Source of the DNA: a virus
Lineage: Duplodnaviria > Caudoviricetes
Length of the DNA: 64,000 nt
Virus record (IMG/VR): IMGVR_UViG_3300029798_000001
Reading direction: 5' to 3' (one strand)
The translations under genes were made by a program, and so were the position numbers. This document shows positions 34,644 through 43,993 of the stretch, piece by piece. The notes beneath the pieces were generated by a model. That model was not told where the DNA came from and made no database searches. It saw nothing but the letters and a program-made list of their open reading frames with translations. Every line of letters begins with the position of its first letter. Within the stretch, counting starts at the first letter, position 1.

Positions 34644-36962
34644 ATGACGCAGATTACAGTTGTAAAAAGAAGCGGTGTAAAAGAGCCACTACAGATTGAT
34701 AAGTGGCAAGCCCAAGTTGCTAAGATATGTCAAGGTATTGCCGATGTAAGTCAGTCAATGATTGAGATCAAAGCTCAGTTACATTTTTATAATGGCATCA
34801 CCACAGAAGAGATCGATGGGATTACTCTTCGAGCCATTGTAGATTTAATTGACATCGAAAGCAACCCTGATATTGGTCACACCAATTATCAGTATGTAGC
34901 AGGTAAGCAACGATTGTCCATGCTCCGGAAATCAGTTTATAAAACATACACCCCTCCACATCTTTATGAAATTGTAAAGAAAAATGTAGCCACAGGTCTT
35001 TATACAGATGAACTATTAACATGGTACACCGAAGACGACTGGAATAAAATGAATGACATGCTGGATCACGATAAGGATGAATTATATTCCTATGCTGCGA
35101 TTGAACAGCTGATTGAAAAATATCTTGTCAAGAATCGTGCCACAAAGGAAATATATGAAACCCCACAAATTCGTTACATCATTGCAGCCGCAACTGTGTT
35201 CCATCGAGAAGAACCTAACTCGTCTCGGATGCGCTATATTAAAGAATATTATAATGCCGCATCAGATGGCCTCTTTACTCTTGCTACCCCTGTGCTTGCT
35301 GGTCTGGGGACTCCTACAAAACAGTTTAGTAGTTGTGTGCTTATCCGTAGCGATGACAACCTTGATAGTATTTTCGCATCTGGAGAAATGATGGCCAAGT
35401 ATGCCGCTAAACGAGCCGGCATAGGTCTTGAAATTGGTCGCTTACGTCCATTGGGTGCTCCTATCCGTGGTGGTGAAGTTATGCACACAGGGATGATTCC
35501 ATTCCTTAAAAAGTGGTTTGGTGATTTACGTTCATGTTCACAAGGAGGTATCCGCAATGCAAGTGCTACCGTTTTTTATCCTATTTGGCACTATCAGTTT
35601 GACGATCTTATTGTTCTTAAGAATAATCAAGGAACTGAAGAAACACGAGTAAGATTTATGGACTATGGTGTAGTCCTTAACGCAATGTTCTGGCGTCGCT
35701 TTAAGAACAAAGAACAAATTACATTCTTTGATCCTAATGAAGTGCCGGATCTGTATGAAGCATTTTATACGAACACAGAAAAGTTTGAACAGCTTTATGT
35801 CAAGTATGAAAAGCGCAAAGACCTACGCACCAAGACCATGGCCGCTGAAGATGTGTTCAAAGGTGGCATTCTTAAAGAACGCACAGACACAGGACGTATC
35901 TATCTTGTGTTTGTTGACAATGTCATGAACCAAGGGCCGTTTGATCCTGAATTCCATACCATTTACCAAAGCAATCTCTGCATGGAGATTTTGTTACCTA
36001 CTAAATCGTTTAAGCGATTAGACGATGATGAGGGCAGAATCGCGTTATGCACCTTGGGGTCGCTAAACTGGGGAGCATTTAGAAATCCAGAAGATATGCG
36101 TAGAGCAAATAGAATCTTATTAAGATCACTTAATAACATTCTCGATTATCAAGACTTCCTGTCTATTCAGAGTAAGTTAAGTAATGACGAAATTCGCCCT
36201 ATTGGTATTGGTATTACAAACTTAGCCTATTGGCACGCTAAACGCGGATTAAAATACGGAAGCCCAGAAGCATTAGCTGAAGTTAAAACTTGGACAGAAC
36301 ACCAGGCGTATTACCTGACAGAAGCTACTGTAGAACTTGCTAAAGAGCGTGGTGCTTGCTTACATTCAGAAAAAACACGATATGGGCAAGGAACATTCCC
36401 GTGGGAACTAAGAGCCGCAGGAGTAAACGAACTTACAAACTTTGCCCCTGAGCTTGATTGGGAATCCGTGCGTGAGCAAATGAAACAATATGGAGTTCGT
36501 AATGCTACTGTTATGGCCGTAGCACCTGTAGAATCAAGTAGCGTAGTAATCAACTCAACTAACGGCATTGAGATGCCTATGAGCCTTATTACTGTTAAAG
36601 AGTCAAAAGCAGGATCGCTTATTCAGGTAGCTCCGGAATACAATAAGTTAAAATCAAAATATCAACTTATGTGGGATCAAAAGGACTGTATTGATTATCT
36701 TAAAACCGCGGCTGTTATTGCGGCGTACACCGATCAGAGCCTAAGTACAAATTCGTTCTATAACCCCGCACATTTTTCTGATAGAAAGGTTCCAACCACA
36801 TTGATTGCTAAGAATTTAATGTTAGCTCATAAGTTTGGTTTGAAAACCATGTACTACTCATTAATAAACAAACAGGGTAGTAAAGGCTCTGAGAGCGATG
36901 CTGCAATACACACAGTAGTCAATGATGCCGACGATGAAGAATGTATTGCCTGTAAATTATAG
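34644..36962 (+). CDS. nrdA: Class Ia ribonucleotide reductase alpha subunit with ATP cone
   Basis: VVKRSG ATP cone, SSCVL, QSNLCME, LCTLG, APVESSS, KTMYY, C-terminal CIACKL. Confidence 0.96.
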   Translation: MTQITVVKRSGVKEPLQIDKWQAQVAKICQGIADVSQSMIEIKAQLHFYNGITTEEIDGITLRAIVDLIDIESNPDIGHTNYQYVAGKQRLSMLRKSVYKTYTPPHLYEIVKKNVATGLYTDELLTWYTEDDWNKMNDMLDHDKDELYSYAAIEQLIEKYLVKNRATKEIYETPQIRYIIAAATVFHREEPNSSRMRYIKEYYNAASDGLFTLATPVLAGLGTPTKQFSSCVLIRSDDNLDSIFASGEMMAKYAAKRAGIGLEIGRLRPLGAPIRGGEVMHTGMIPFLKKWFGDLRSCSQGGIRNASATVFYPIWHYQFDDLIVLKNNQGTEETRVRFMDYGVVLNAMFWRRFKNKEQITFFDPNEVPDLYEAFYTNTEKFEQLYVKYEKRKDLRTKTMAAEDVFKGGILKERTDTGRIYLVFVDNVMNQGPFDPEFHTIYQSNLCMEILLPTKSFKRLDDDEGRIALCTLGSLNWGAFRNPEDMRRANRILLRSLNNILDYQDFLSIQSKLSNDEIRPIGIGITNLAYWHAKRGLKYGSPEALAEVKTWTEHQAYYLTEATVELAKERGACLHSEKTRYGQGTFPWELRAAGVNELTNFAPELDWESVREQMKQYGVRNATVMAVAPVESSSVVINSTNGIEMPMSLITVKESKAGSLIQVAPEYNKLKSKYQLMWDQKDCIDYLKTAAVIAAYTDQSLSTNSFYNPAHFSDRKVPTTLIAKNLMLAHKFGLKTMYYSLINKQGSKGSESDAAIHTVVNDADDEECIACKL

Positions 36963-36974
36963 AGAGAGAACACA

Positions 36975-38075
36975 ATGTCATTAGCACAATTTGATTTAAC
37001 CACAAAAACAGATTATCTTAATCGGTCGATGTTTCTGGACCCTGCCGGTCCAGTTACAATTCAACGCTTTGAAGAATTTCATTATCCTAAGATTGCTCGT
37101 TTTGAAGAAATGGCCCGTGGGTTCTTTTGGGTCCCAGAAGAGATATCACTGACCAAGGATGCCGGAGATTTTAAAGATGCAAGTGACACTGTGCGACATA
37201 TCTTTACTAGCAACCTACTTAGACAAACAGCATTGGATAGTATTCAAGGTCGGTGTCCCACACAAATATTTTTGCCAGTGGTATCGATTCCGGAACTTGA
37301 GGCCCTATGTTTGATGTGGGGCTTCTTCGAAACAAACTTACATTCAAAGAGTTACAGTCACATTATCCGTAATATCTATAATACTCCTAAGGATGAATTT
37401 AATAAGATTCATAATACTCAACCAATTATTGACATGGCAAGTACTATTGGAAAATATTATGATGCATTATATGTGCTTAACTGTAAAAAAGAAGTAGGTA
37501 TAGCAGTTACAGAACGAGAACATATTAAAGCCATCTGGTTGTCGTTGCATGCCAGTTACGCTCTTGAGGCACTACGCTTTATGGTTAGTTTTGCTACTAG
37601 TCTGGCCATGGTTGAGAATCGTATTTTCATCGGCAACGGTAATATTATTAGTTTAATTCTGCAAGATGAAATCTTACATAGAGATTGGACCGCTTACATT
37701 ATTAATCAGGTAGTCAAAGACGATAAGCGGTTTGCAGATATCAAAGCAGAGTGCGCCGACGAAGTCTATGCTATGTACGCAGATGTTATCCGTGAAGAAA
37801 AAGACTGGGCAGACTATTTGTTCAACAAAGGCCCGGTTATTGGTCTTAATGCCAACATCCTTAAAGACTTTATGGATTATACTGCTGCAGGTGCTCTTAA
37901 AGAAATTGGAATAAAATACCAATCGCCGGCACCAAAAACAACGCCAATTCCTTGGTTTAACAAACACACAAATTCGTCTAACAAGCAGTCAGCACTCCAA
38001 GAAACCGAAAGCACTAACTATATAATTGGAGTAATGTCAGCTGAATTAGACTACAATGAATTACCAGAACTATAA
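36975..38075 (+). CDS. nrdB: Ribonucleotide reductase beta subunit
   Basis: FFWVPEE, LDSIQGR, ETNLHSKSY, DEILH, QETESTNY. Confidence 0.95.
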   Translation: MSLAQFDLTTKTDYLNRSMFLDPAGPVTIQRFEEFHYPKIARFEEMARGFFWVPEEISLTKDAGDFKDASDTVRHIFTSNLLRQTALDSIQGRCPTQIFLPVVSIPELEALCLMWGFFETNLHSKSYSHIIRNIYNTPKDEFNKIHNTQPIIDMASTIGKYYDALYVLNCKKEVGIAVTEREHIKAIWLSLHASYALEALRFMVSFATSLAMVENRIFIGNGNIISLILQDEILHRDWTAYIINQVVKDDKRFADIKAECADEVYAMYADVIREEKDWADYLFNKGPVIGLNANILKDFMDYTAAGALKEIGIKYQSPAPKTTPIPWFNKHTNSSNKQSALQETESTNYIIGVMSAELDYNELPEL

Positions 38076-38085
38076 GGGACCAACC

Positions 38086-38295
38086 GTGAATCAACCATTA
38101 CTTTGCCCCCTAGATGGGTCCTGGTCTCAAAGTTTTTGTTCGTTGTACAACGAAGTAAAAAAGAATTGTACATATAGCACATGTATTCATCAATTCGAAT
38201 GCGCACGACTTAGAGAAGTATTAGAAAATGATGTAAACCTTTCTACTGTCATGACCAAACGAATTCTATTCTTGGGTATTCCCCAGGCATTATAA
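38086..38295 (+). CDS. Small Cys-rich hypothetical protein
   Basis: GTG start with AAGGGA upstream; fills the gap between nrdB and the glutaredoxin. Confidence 0.4.
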   Translation: MNQPLLCPLDGSWSQSFCSLYNEVKKNCTYSTCIHQFECARLREVLENDVNLSTVMTKRILFLGIPQAL

Positions 38296-38313
38296 TAAAA
38301 TAAGGAGCATAAC

Positions 38314-38541
38314 ATGCCAACAGCAATAGTATGGAGTAAAGATTCGTGCCCGTTTTGTGTACAGGCAAAAGCACTATTGGAATCAAAAGGTATCAATTTT
38401 GAAGAGCGTAATGTTAGCAAAGACTGGACTCGAGAGCAGTTATTAGCGGCGGTCCCAAATGCAAGAACATTGCCGCAGATCTTTTTAAATGATAAATTAA
38501 TAGGCGGGTTCACGGAATTACGAAAACACTTACAAGGATAA
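38314..38541 (+). CDS. grx: Glutaredoxin
   Basis: CPFC active site; TLPQIF; IGGF. Confidence 0.92.
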   Translation: MPTAIVWSKDSCPFCVQAKALLESKGINFEERNVSKDWTREQLLAAVPNARTLPQIFLNDKLIGGFTELRKHLQG

Positions 38542-38542
38542 C

Positions 38543-38845
38543 ATGATAGTAGAAAAAGATAAAGTTTACACATTTAAATTAACCAATGCAGATGAAATTG
38601 TTGGTAAAATTGTTGATATTACTAACGAGTCCTACATTGTTGCACAGCCACTTAGTGCTGTACCCACTGAAAAAGGCATACAATTAATCTTTACAGTGTT
38701 TACCGGAAATCCTAAAGAAAATGCGACTATAAATAAAACAGCGATAGCAATGATTTGCCAAACTCGAGAAGAAGTAGGCGATCATTATTTGGAAGCAACT
38801 ACTGGTATTAAACCAGTACGCAATAGTAAAATTTTAATGGGGTAA
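38543..38845 (+). CDS. Hypothetical protein (possible Sm-like beta-barrel)
   Basis: FKLTNADEIVGKI pattern. Confidence 0.55.
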   Translation: MIVEKDKVYTFKLTNADEIVGKIVDITNESYIVAQPLSAVPTEKGIQLIFTVFTGNPKENATINKTAIAMICQTREEVGDHYLEATTGIKPVRNSKILMG

Positions 38846-38846
38846 T

Positions 38847-39131
38847 ATGCCAGCAGTACAGAGAGTTGGAGATAAAGACAGCGCCGGTGGAGTGATCCAG
38901 GCCGGCGATTCTTCAGTACTGGTCAACGGTCAAGAAATTGCTATTCCAAATGCCTCTGTAACCACTCATCCTCCATACGGTCGGGGAACGGATCCACACC
39001 ATCATGCAAAAACAAAATCATCACAAAACTCAACAGTTTTTGTTAATGGAAAACTAGTCTTGGTAACCGGCGATACTGATACTTGTGGACATCCTCGAGT
39101 TGGCGGCAGCCCCAATGTTACAATAGGATAA
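38847..39131 (+). CDS. PAAR spike-tip protein (gp5.4-like)
   Basis: AVQRVGD, VLVNG, VFVNG...GD..TCGH, GSPNV. Confidence 0.85.
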   Translation: MPAVQRVGDKDSAGGVIQAGDSSVLVNGQEIAIPNASVTTHPPYGRGTDPHHHAKTKSSQNSTVFVNGKLVLVTGDTDTCGHPRVGGSPNVTIG

Positions 39132-39133
39132 TC

Positions 39134-40096
39134 ATGTCATTAACGCCGTTACAACTCGACTCGACAGCTGGGTTACTTCAAAATCAAGGACTGGCCCCCA
39201 ACGCTGAATTTACCACGGCCGTTACCACATATAATAGCACAGCTCTTATAAGTCCATTTTTAACAACTATAGAAGTAGGTAGCACAGGAAATATATTATC
39301 TAATACAATTATCTCAACACTTGAAACACTTGCGGCTAACACCTGCGCCTCATTGAGTGACTCGGTGCCAAGTGGATACGCAACATTAACGGTATCAACA
39401 AATCCTGCAGGATTTACTGGACTATTAACAACCACAGCCAACACCTACATGGGCAACGGTGACCTTGGTAAATTTTGTCAAGCACTTTCGATAGCACAAG
39501 GGTATGCTGATCAAACTAATTTATTTGTAAATAGTGCAGTAAATAGTCAGACATATCTTGGTAATACATTTACTACAATGAATAACATGATCACCGGTAG
39601 TGTTACTTCAATAAATTTATCAACCACATCATTTGGATTGGATCTAACTAATCTTGGACAATTAATTAATTTAAAAACCCTAAATGAGTTTGGTAGTCCA
39701 CTAGCATTGATACAACAAATCTATTTAATCACCGGCACGATTCCGGTGGTGTCACTAGCATTTGTTGCCGCTGGGGTACCACAAGATGTAGTAATAAATT
39801 TAACCAACCCAACAGTAACCGTGGCCGATTCAGCACAGGCATTAATGTATCAAGCCATGACACAGATTACCGGAGATAATCTTACTCAAATTTTAACGGT
39901 ATTAGGAGTTACCACTGTGGGAATAAACACCATGGCCGATTTATTAAATCCTGTAAAGTTATTTCCAAATAGTTTTCAAAGTTTAACAGCACCTACAAAA
40001 TATGGACCACAGGCCATTTATATTAACAGTGCCGGCTCGGTTAATACTAATTTAAAAACTGAGTTACCACCGTATGTAATGAGCAGCCTAGTATGA
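39134..40096 (+). CDS. Thr/Asn-rich virion-like protein
   Basis: Start moved to the AGGA-led ATG at 39134; lies in the operon after PAAR. Confidence 0.6.
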   Translation: MSLTPLQLDSTAGLLQNQGLAPNAEFTTAVTTYNSTALISPFLTTIEVGSTGNILSNTIISTLETLAANTCASLSDSVPSGYATLTVSTNPAGFTGLLTTTANTYMGNGDLGKFCQALSIAQGYADQTNLFVNSAVNSQTYLGNTFTTMNNMITGSVTSINLSTTSFGLDLTNLGQLINLKTLNEFGSPLALIQQIYLITGTIPVVSLAFVAAGVPQDVVINLTNPTVTVADSAQALMYQAMTQITGDNLTQILTVLGVTTVGINTMADLLNPVKLFPNSFQSLTAPTKYGPQAIYINSAGSVNTNLKTELPPYVMSSLV

Positions 40097-41025
40097 TAGC
40101 CTATGATAGACTTAGTCAAATTATTCCGGCCGACCAGGCATTGGCCGCAAAAGCTCTGGCTACAAGCCTACAACAAATAGCCGGCATTACAAATATGTCA
40201 TTGCCAGTGTTGGCCAACACAGTATCACAATTACAAACTACTAATAATCTTCCACTAGTTAGTGCATTAACACAGGCAGTACCTGCTAATGTGGCCAATG
40301 TTTTTATTAATTCAGCCGGTGGCACTGGTACTAATAATACCGTATTGATTATAGATATATTAGGAACAGCCGCCGGAACCGTGCATACTCAAGCATTGAC
40401 CAATACAGTGGCACAGTTTAATACTATGAACTTAATCTCGTTAACTTCGACCTACACAACTATGGCTAATGTAGTTAATGGTGATTACGGTGATCCGATT
40501 ACCGGTCCGGTGGTTATTCTAACCGGCCCGTATGCTAACACCTATACTAATGCCGATGATGCATTTGGCAATGCCTTAATCCCAGGAGCACAGTCTGAAA
40601 TATCAAACACTGTCGCCGCCTATCCTACTCAAGTGACCACTTTAAATCAAGATTGGGGTAACATGGCCAACCAACTGGTCCTAGAACAAAATCAACAGGC
40701 CAATGCCAATTTAAATTTTTCTGAATTACAGGCCAATTCTACTAGCTCCATTTATGGGTTTATTCAAAGTTTGCCATCATATGGTGCTGATACTACCGAA
40801 GGTGGTACCACACAGTTTCTTGAATCTGTGGCCAATTTGACAGATTTTACCGGGCAGTCAATTGTAGCGAGTCTACGACAAACTATAAATCAAACAGTAT
40901 TAAATGCCGCCGGTATACAGACTAATTCCAATATTCCGTCTGATCCAAATCCACCTCTCCCGCAGGCTAATCTAATACCTGCAACCTATACTAGTCAACA
41001 AGCGGCTAATATAGTAGTAATCTAA
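40093..41025 (+). CDS. Thr/Asn/Ala-rich virion-like protein
   Basis: ORF track; ATGA coupling. Confidence 0.6.
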   Translation: MIAYDRLSQIIPADQALAAKALATSLQQIAGITNMSLPVLANTVSQLQTTNNLPLVSALTQAVPANVANVFINSAGGTGTNNTVLIIDILGTAAGTVHTQALTNTVAQFNTMNLISLTSTYTTMANVVNGDYGDPITGPVVILTGPYANTYTNADDAFGNALIPGAQSEISNTVAAYPTQVTTLNQDWGNMANQLVLEQNQQANANLNFSELQANSTSSIYGFIQSLPSYGADTTEGGTTQFLESVANLTDFTGQSIVASLRQTINQTVLNAAGIQTNSNIPSDPNPPLPQANLIPATYTSQQAANIVVI

Positions 41026-41089
41026 CCAAATCTTGTAAACTTAAACACCCTCTTAAGCGTTATTATAGTATGCGTAGGAGGCATTATGT

Positions 41090-41497
41090 ATGAACAAACT
41101 GTTACCAGCACTAATACTCGCAGTCTTGATCTCAGGAGTAAGTCGAGCGGAGTCGGATCCCTTTTGGAACACCAATCCTTACGCATGGTCTGCCCAAACT
41201 GTGACACAAAGCGGTCGGGTCCGTGTCACCATCACAAAAACCAAACCAAAATTATTTCTCGCTAGAACCCACCGCCCGGTAGTTCGTGCATTACTTGACG
41301 ATCGAGACGATGACTATTATGACGAAACACTAGAGTTCCACGTTGGGTACCGCCGACCAGAGTTGATTAACTATGCAGCCGACGTACATGATGAACTCTC
41401 GGACGAAGTAAAACTTAGACTTATTTTGGCCCGCAAGAAGGCCCTTGTAAAATATAGTGAAACATGGGCACATATACAAGATCCCAAAATAGGGTAA
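41090..41497 (+). CDS. Secreted hypothetical protein
   Basis: Signal peptide MNKLLPALILAVLISGVSRA; GGAGG RBS. Confidence 0.6.
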   Translation: MNKLLPALILAVLISGVSRAESDPFWNTNPYAWSAQTVTQSGRVRVTITKTKPKLFLARTHRPVVRALLDDRDDDYYDETLEFHVGYRRPELINYAADVHDELSDEVKLRLILARKKALVKYSETWAHIQDPKIG

Positions 41498-41499
41498 TT

Positions 41500-41518
41500 T
41501 GTAGTCTAAAAACACCAC
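41500..41518. repeat. Direct repeat, copy 1 (TGTAGTCTAAAAACACCAC)
   Basis: 18/19 identical to 41734-41752. Confidence 0.8.
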
Positions 41519-41588
41519 CTAACAGCTCATTATGTCAAGGGTGTCCATAAATAGAATAGCAATACTATTTTTAAAAAGGAGCAATATC

Positions 41589-41723
41589 ATGAAAAAAACA
41601 TTATTAGCAGTTTTGGCGGTAGCATTTGCATTATCTTTAGTAGCATGTGGCGCAAAGAGTACATCTGACAAAGGCCCAAATTGCGGCCCTAATGCCACAG
41701 CAGAGCAATGTAAGGGTGGTTAA
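41589..41723 (+). CDS. 44-aa lipoprotein
   Basis: AAGGAG RBS; lipobox LVAC; mature part CGAKSTSDKGPNCGPNATAEQCKGG. Confidence 0.75.
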   Translation: MKKTLLAVLAVAFALSLVACGAKSTSDKGPNCGPNATAEQCKGG

Positions 41724-41733
41724 ATAACAACTC

Positions 41734-41752
41734 TGTAGTCTAAAAACAACAC
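41734..41752. repeat. Direct repeat, copy 2 (TGTAGTCTAAAAACAACAC)
   Basis: Matches 41500-41518. Confidence 0.8.
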
Positions 41753-41757
41753 TTTTT

Positions 41758-41781
41758 AACCCCCTTAAATGGGGGTTTTTT
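41758..41781 (+). terminator. Intrinsic terminator
   Basis: AACCCCC-TTAAAT-GGGGGTTTTTT. Confidence 0.8.
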
Positions 41782-41798
41782 ACGGGGTTACCAAAAGG

Positions 41799-41827
41799 TT
41801 GACCATAAATGTCCGATTTGCTATAAT
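41799..41827 (+). promoter_or_regulatory. Early promoter, GGTTGACC class
   Basis: TTGACC-17-TATAAT with TG extension, then TATAGT. Confidence 0.8.
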
Positions 41828-41856
41828 ATATGTATAGTGAAAATAAAGGAGCAGAT

Positions 41857-42126
41857 ATGTTTGAAACCCTTGTAGTTCAATTAGCTAAGGTTACTCTTAC
41901 TCCAGAACCAGTTAAGACTGAGTTCTATAACGGCACTCTCTTTGTTAGTAAAATTACCGAGCGCCAAGCTCGTAGCATTTTCCATGTATTAAGCCAAACA
42001 TTAGGTACGGGCACAGTGCAAGTGAGCCCAATTGGCGATTCCGGCGAATATGCTTTTGACTTTGTTGCGGAAAAACAACACCAAAATACTGAAGATTTTA
42101 GCCCGTTTGCCACAGTAAACAGCTAG
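41857..42126 (+). CDS. Early hypothetical protein
   Basis: AAGGAG-led ATG at 41857 (track start 41830 lies within the promoter). Confidence 0.7.
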   Translation: MFETLVVQLAKVTLTPEPVKTEFYNGTLFVSKITERQARSIFHVLSQTLGTGTVQVSPIGDSGEYAFDFVAEKQHQNTEDFSPFATVNS

Positions 42127-42127
42127 G

Positions 42128-42156
42128 TTGACCAGAAATTACCGATTTGTTATAAT
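42128..42156 (+). promoter_or_regulatory. Early promoter, GGTTGACC class
   Basis: TTGACC-17-TATAAT with TG extension, then TATAGT. Confidence 0.8.
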
Positions 42157-42187
42157 AGTATTATAGTAAATTAAAGGAGCAAGACAA

Positions 42188-42505
42188 ATGGCATACGATC
42201 ACTTAGCAAAATTAGATGTGGAAGGTTTGCAAGGTTACTTCTCCGATTTCCATAAAGACTTTTACGGCAGTCGCCCACGTTGGGGTACTCCTGAGCAGTG
42301 GATTGACCGTGCGTGGTTAGAGTCAAACATTATTAATATCCATACAGCCATGGATCGTATGAAACTAACCGTCGAAGGCCGCGAAGAACTTCGTGCGAAC
42401 GGTTGGGTCATTGATGAAGCAGACTACAATGATGTTATTGATCCTAAAGAATACGCAGAGTGGTCAGCTGATGCAGATGCTCAGGCCTATGGAGAGATGC
42501 TATAA
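42188..42505 (+). CDS. Early hypothetical protein
   Basis: AAGGAG RBS; FSDFHKDFYGSRPR. Confidence 0.7.
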   Translation: MAYDHLAKLDVEGLQGYFSDFHKDFYGSRPRWGTPEQWIDRAWLESNIINIHTAMDRMKLTVEGREELRANGWVIDEADYNDVIDPKEYAEWSADADAQAYGEML

Positions 42506-42645
42506 TGGGATCGTTCAAACACATCGAAATTGAAATCATGCACTGGCAGGCATGTGGCCGCACTGTAGAAGAAACTTATATCTATTGGAAAGACTATGTG
42601 ACCTACGAAGATGTGATTCGTATTTTTAGCCAGGAAACAGTATAA
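42505..42645 (+). CDS. 46-aa hypothetical protein, absent from the ORF track
   Basis: TAATG coupling at both ends; MGSFKHIEIEIMHWQACG... Confidence 0.55.
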   Translation: MGSFKHIEIEIMHWQACGRTVEETYIYWKDYVTYEDVIRIFSQETV

Positions 42646-42884
42646 TGGAAAAGAAAAAACCTAAGTTTATTTGGTATGATGCTCTGAAAAAAGAAGTCGA
42701 AAAGGCACAAGAAACTAAAGAATATAAACTGTCTTACACAATGAAACCTAAAGACATACTGACTTTTGTTGCTGGGCTGCATCAAGTTCAAGCAGACATG
42801 ATCGAAACCACCGTTGCTATGAAAGAAAAACAAGGTTTTCCAGAAGCCAATGCAGTAATCAACCATATCATGGAGATGAAATAA
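42645..42884 (+). CDS. Hypothetical protein
   Basis: ORF track. Confidence 0.6.
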   Translation: MEKKKPKFIWYDALKKEVEKAQETKEYKLSYTMKPKDILTFVAGLHQVQADMIETTVAMKEKQGFPEANAVINHIMEMK

Positions 42885-42960
42885 TGATTACTTTAATTAC
42901 ATTCGCATTACTGATATATCTATTTGTAGATATCCCGGCATATGATCCCTGGGGTGACAA

Positions 42961-43122
42961 ATGAAACCGCACTCTTTCCGTATGTGGTGCCAGGAAAAAT
43001 GGTTTGAACATAAAGACGAATTGGAATCTTATGGCCAACCGTTGCTTTATACAGCCGATCAATATTTTGCCCGATATAAGTTCTGGCTCAAGCGTGAGTA
43101 TCGTCATCAACAAAATGGTTAA
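42961..43122 (+). CDS. 53-aa aromatic-rich hypothetical protein, absent from the ORF track
   Basis: MKPHSFRMWCQEKWFEHKDE...YKFWLKREY. Confidence 0.55.
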   Translation: MKPHSFRMWCQEKWFEHKDELESYGQPLLYTADQYFARYKFWLKREYRHQQNG

Positions 43123-43402
43123 GTATTTGCTCTCTGCTGTAGCAATCGCTCTTGTTGGGTGTGCAAGCCAACCAGAACAACCATATCAACCAGCAGACCT
43201 AACTAACTTTGTAGCGGCTTGCCAGTACTCTAATGGGAAGCCAGCCGCACATGACAAAATTAATTATTTAAATCGGTTAGTTAATGAATATCTTGAGTAC
43301 CACAAAACCCATCCTATTACCATAGAAGATCGTAGATACTACGGTCGATTGAAAAACTATATTTGGTCTATGAGATCAACATGCGCCGCACAGTACCTTT
43401 AA
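43115..43402 (+). CDS. Lipoprotein
   Basis: MVKYLLSAVAIALVG-C lipobox. Confidence 0.65.
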   Translation: MVKYLLSAVAIALVGCASQPEQPYQPADLTNFVAACQYSNGKPAAHDKINYLNRLVNEYLEYHKTHPITIEDRRYYGRLKNYIWSMRSTCAAQYL

Positions 43403-43944
43403 TTCTAGTTCTTATGGCGTCAACGGCACATGGTGAATGCTATGTGAGATCCGCAACGACTAATCGAACCTCTATAAACATTACCGCTGTGGCCGATGTT
43501 GAGTCCTTGGTAGTTCCTATTTCGCCAACACAGAACAAGTGTATAGTGAGTTTTCGGGCGCAGGTAAACGGACGCTGGATTACAGCCGAAGGTGAAAAGG
43601 TAGGGCCAAAATCCATATCCGAAAAAGATTTATGTGCCAGTGCAATAGACGACGGTCGTGTACAAATACTAAGTCGTGCAGACAGCGGACGAATGGATGT
43701 AGAACAGAATATGGTTTGTAATGATCAACCTGAAATAAAGGTTAGGGCAGTTAGACTTGGTGAACGGGTGCGTGAAAGCGAAGTGCTACCCCATCCGAAC
43801 TTTCCACGACAGTTTGTCTATCGTACTGCCGCCTGTAGATGGTTTATCGAACCCGAAGTACATCCTGGTCGTGATTTACTACAACGCCAGGGTATTATTT
43901 GTCAAGTAAACGGTAACGAGTGGCAAGTGGTTGACAAATGGTAA
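43381..43944 (+). CDS. Secreted Cys-containing protein
   Basis: Signal peptide MRRTVPLILVLMASTAHG. Confidence 0.6.
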   Translation: MRRTVPLILVLMASTAHGECYVRSATTNRTSINITAVADVESLVVPISPTQNKCIVSFRAQVNGRWITAEGEKVGPKSISEKDLCASAIDDGRVQILSRADSGRMDVEQNMVCNDQPEIKVRAVRLGERVRESEVLPHPNFPRQFVYRTAACRWFIEPEVHPGRDLLQRQGIICQVNGNEWQVVDKW

Positions 43945-43959
43945 GGATTGTAGTAATAT
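43931..43959 (+). promoter_or_regulatory. Early-type promoter
   Basis: GGTTGACA-17-TAATAT, then TATAGT. Confidence 0.5.
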
Positions 43960-43993
43960 ATTGTTATAGTAACCAAACCCTAGAGGTGATAGA

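Noticed and set aside
36960-36962. Stop-codon reassignment, as seen in some large phages
   Set aside because: NrdA ends at TAG right after its conserved C-terminal CxxC motif, and ClpX and primase end at TGA at expected lengths. No conserved gene is fragmented.
41830-41856. Track start codon at 41830
   Set aside because: It lies 2 nt after the -10 box; the AAGGAG-led ATG at 41857 is far more plausible.
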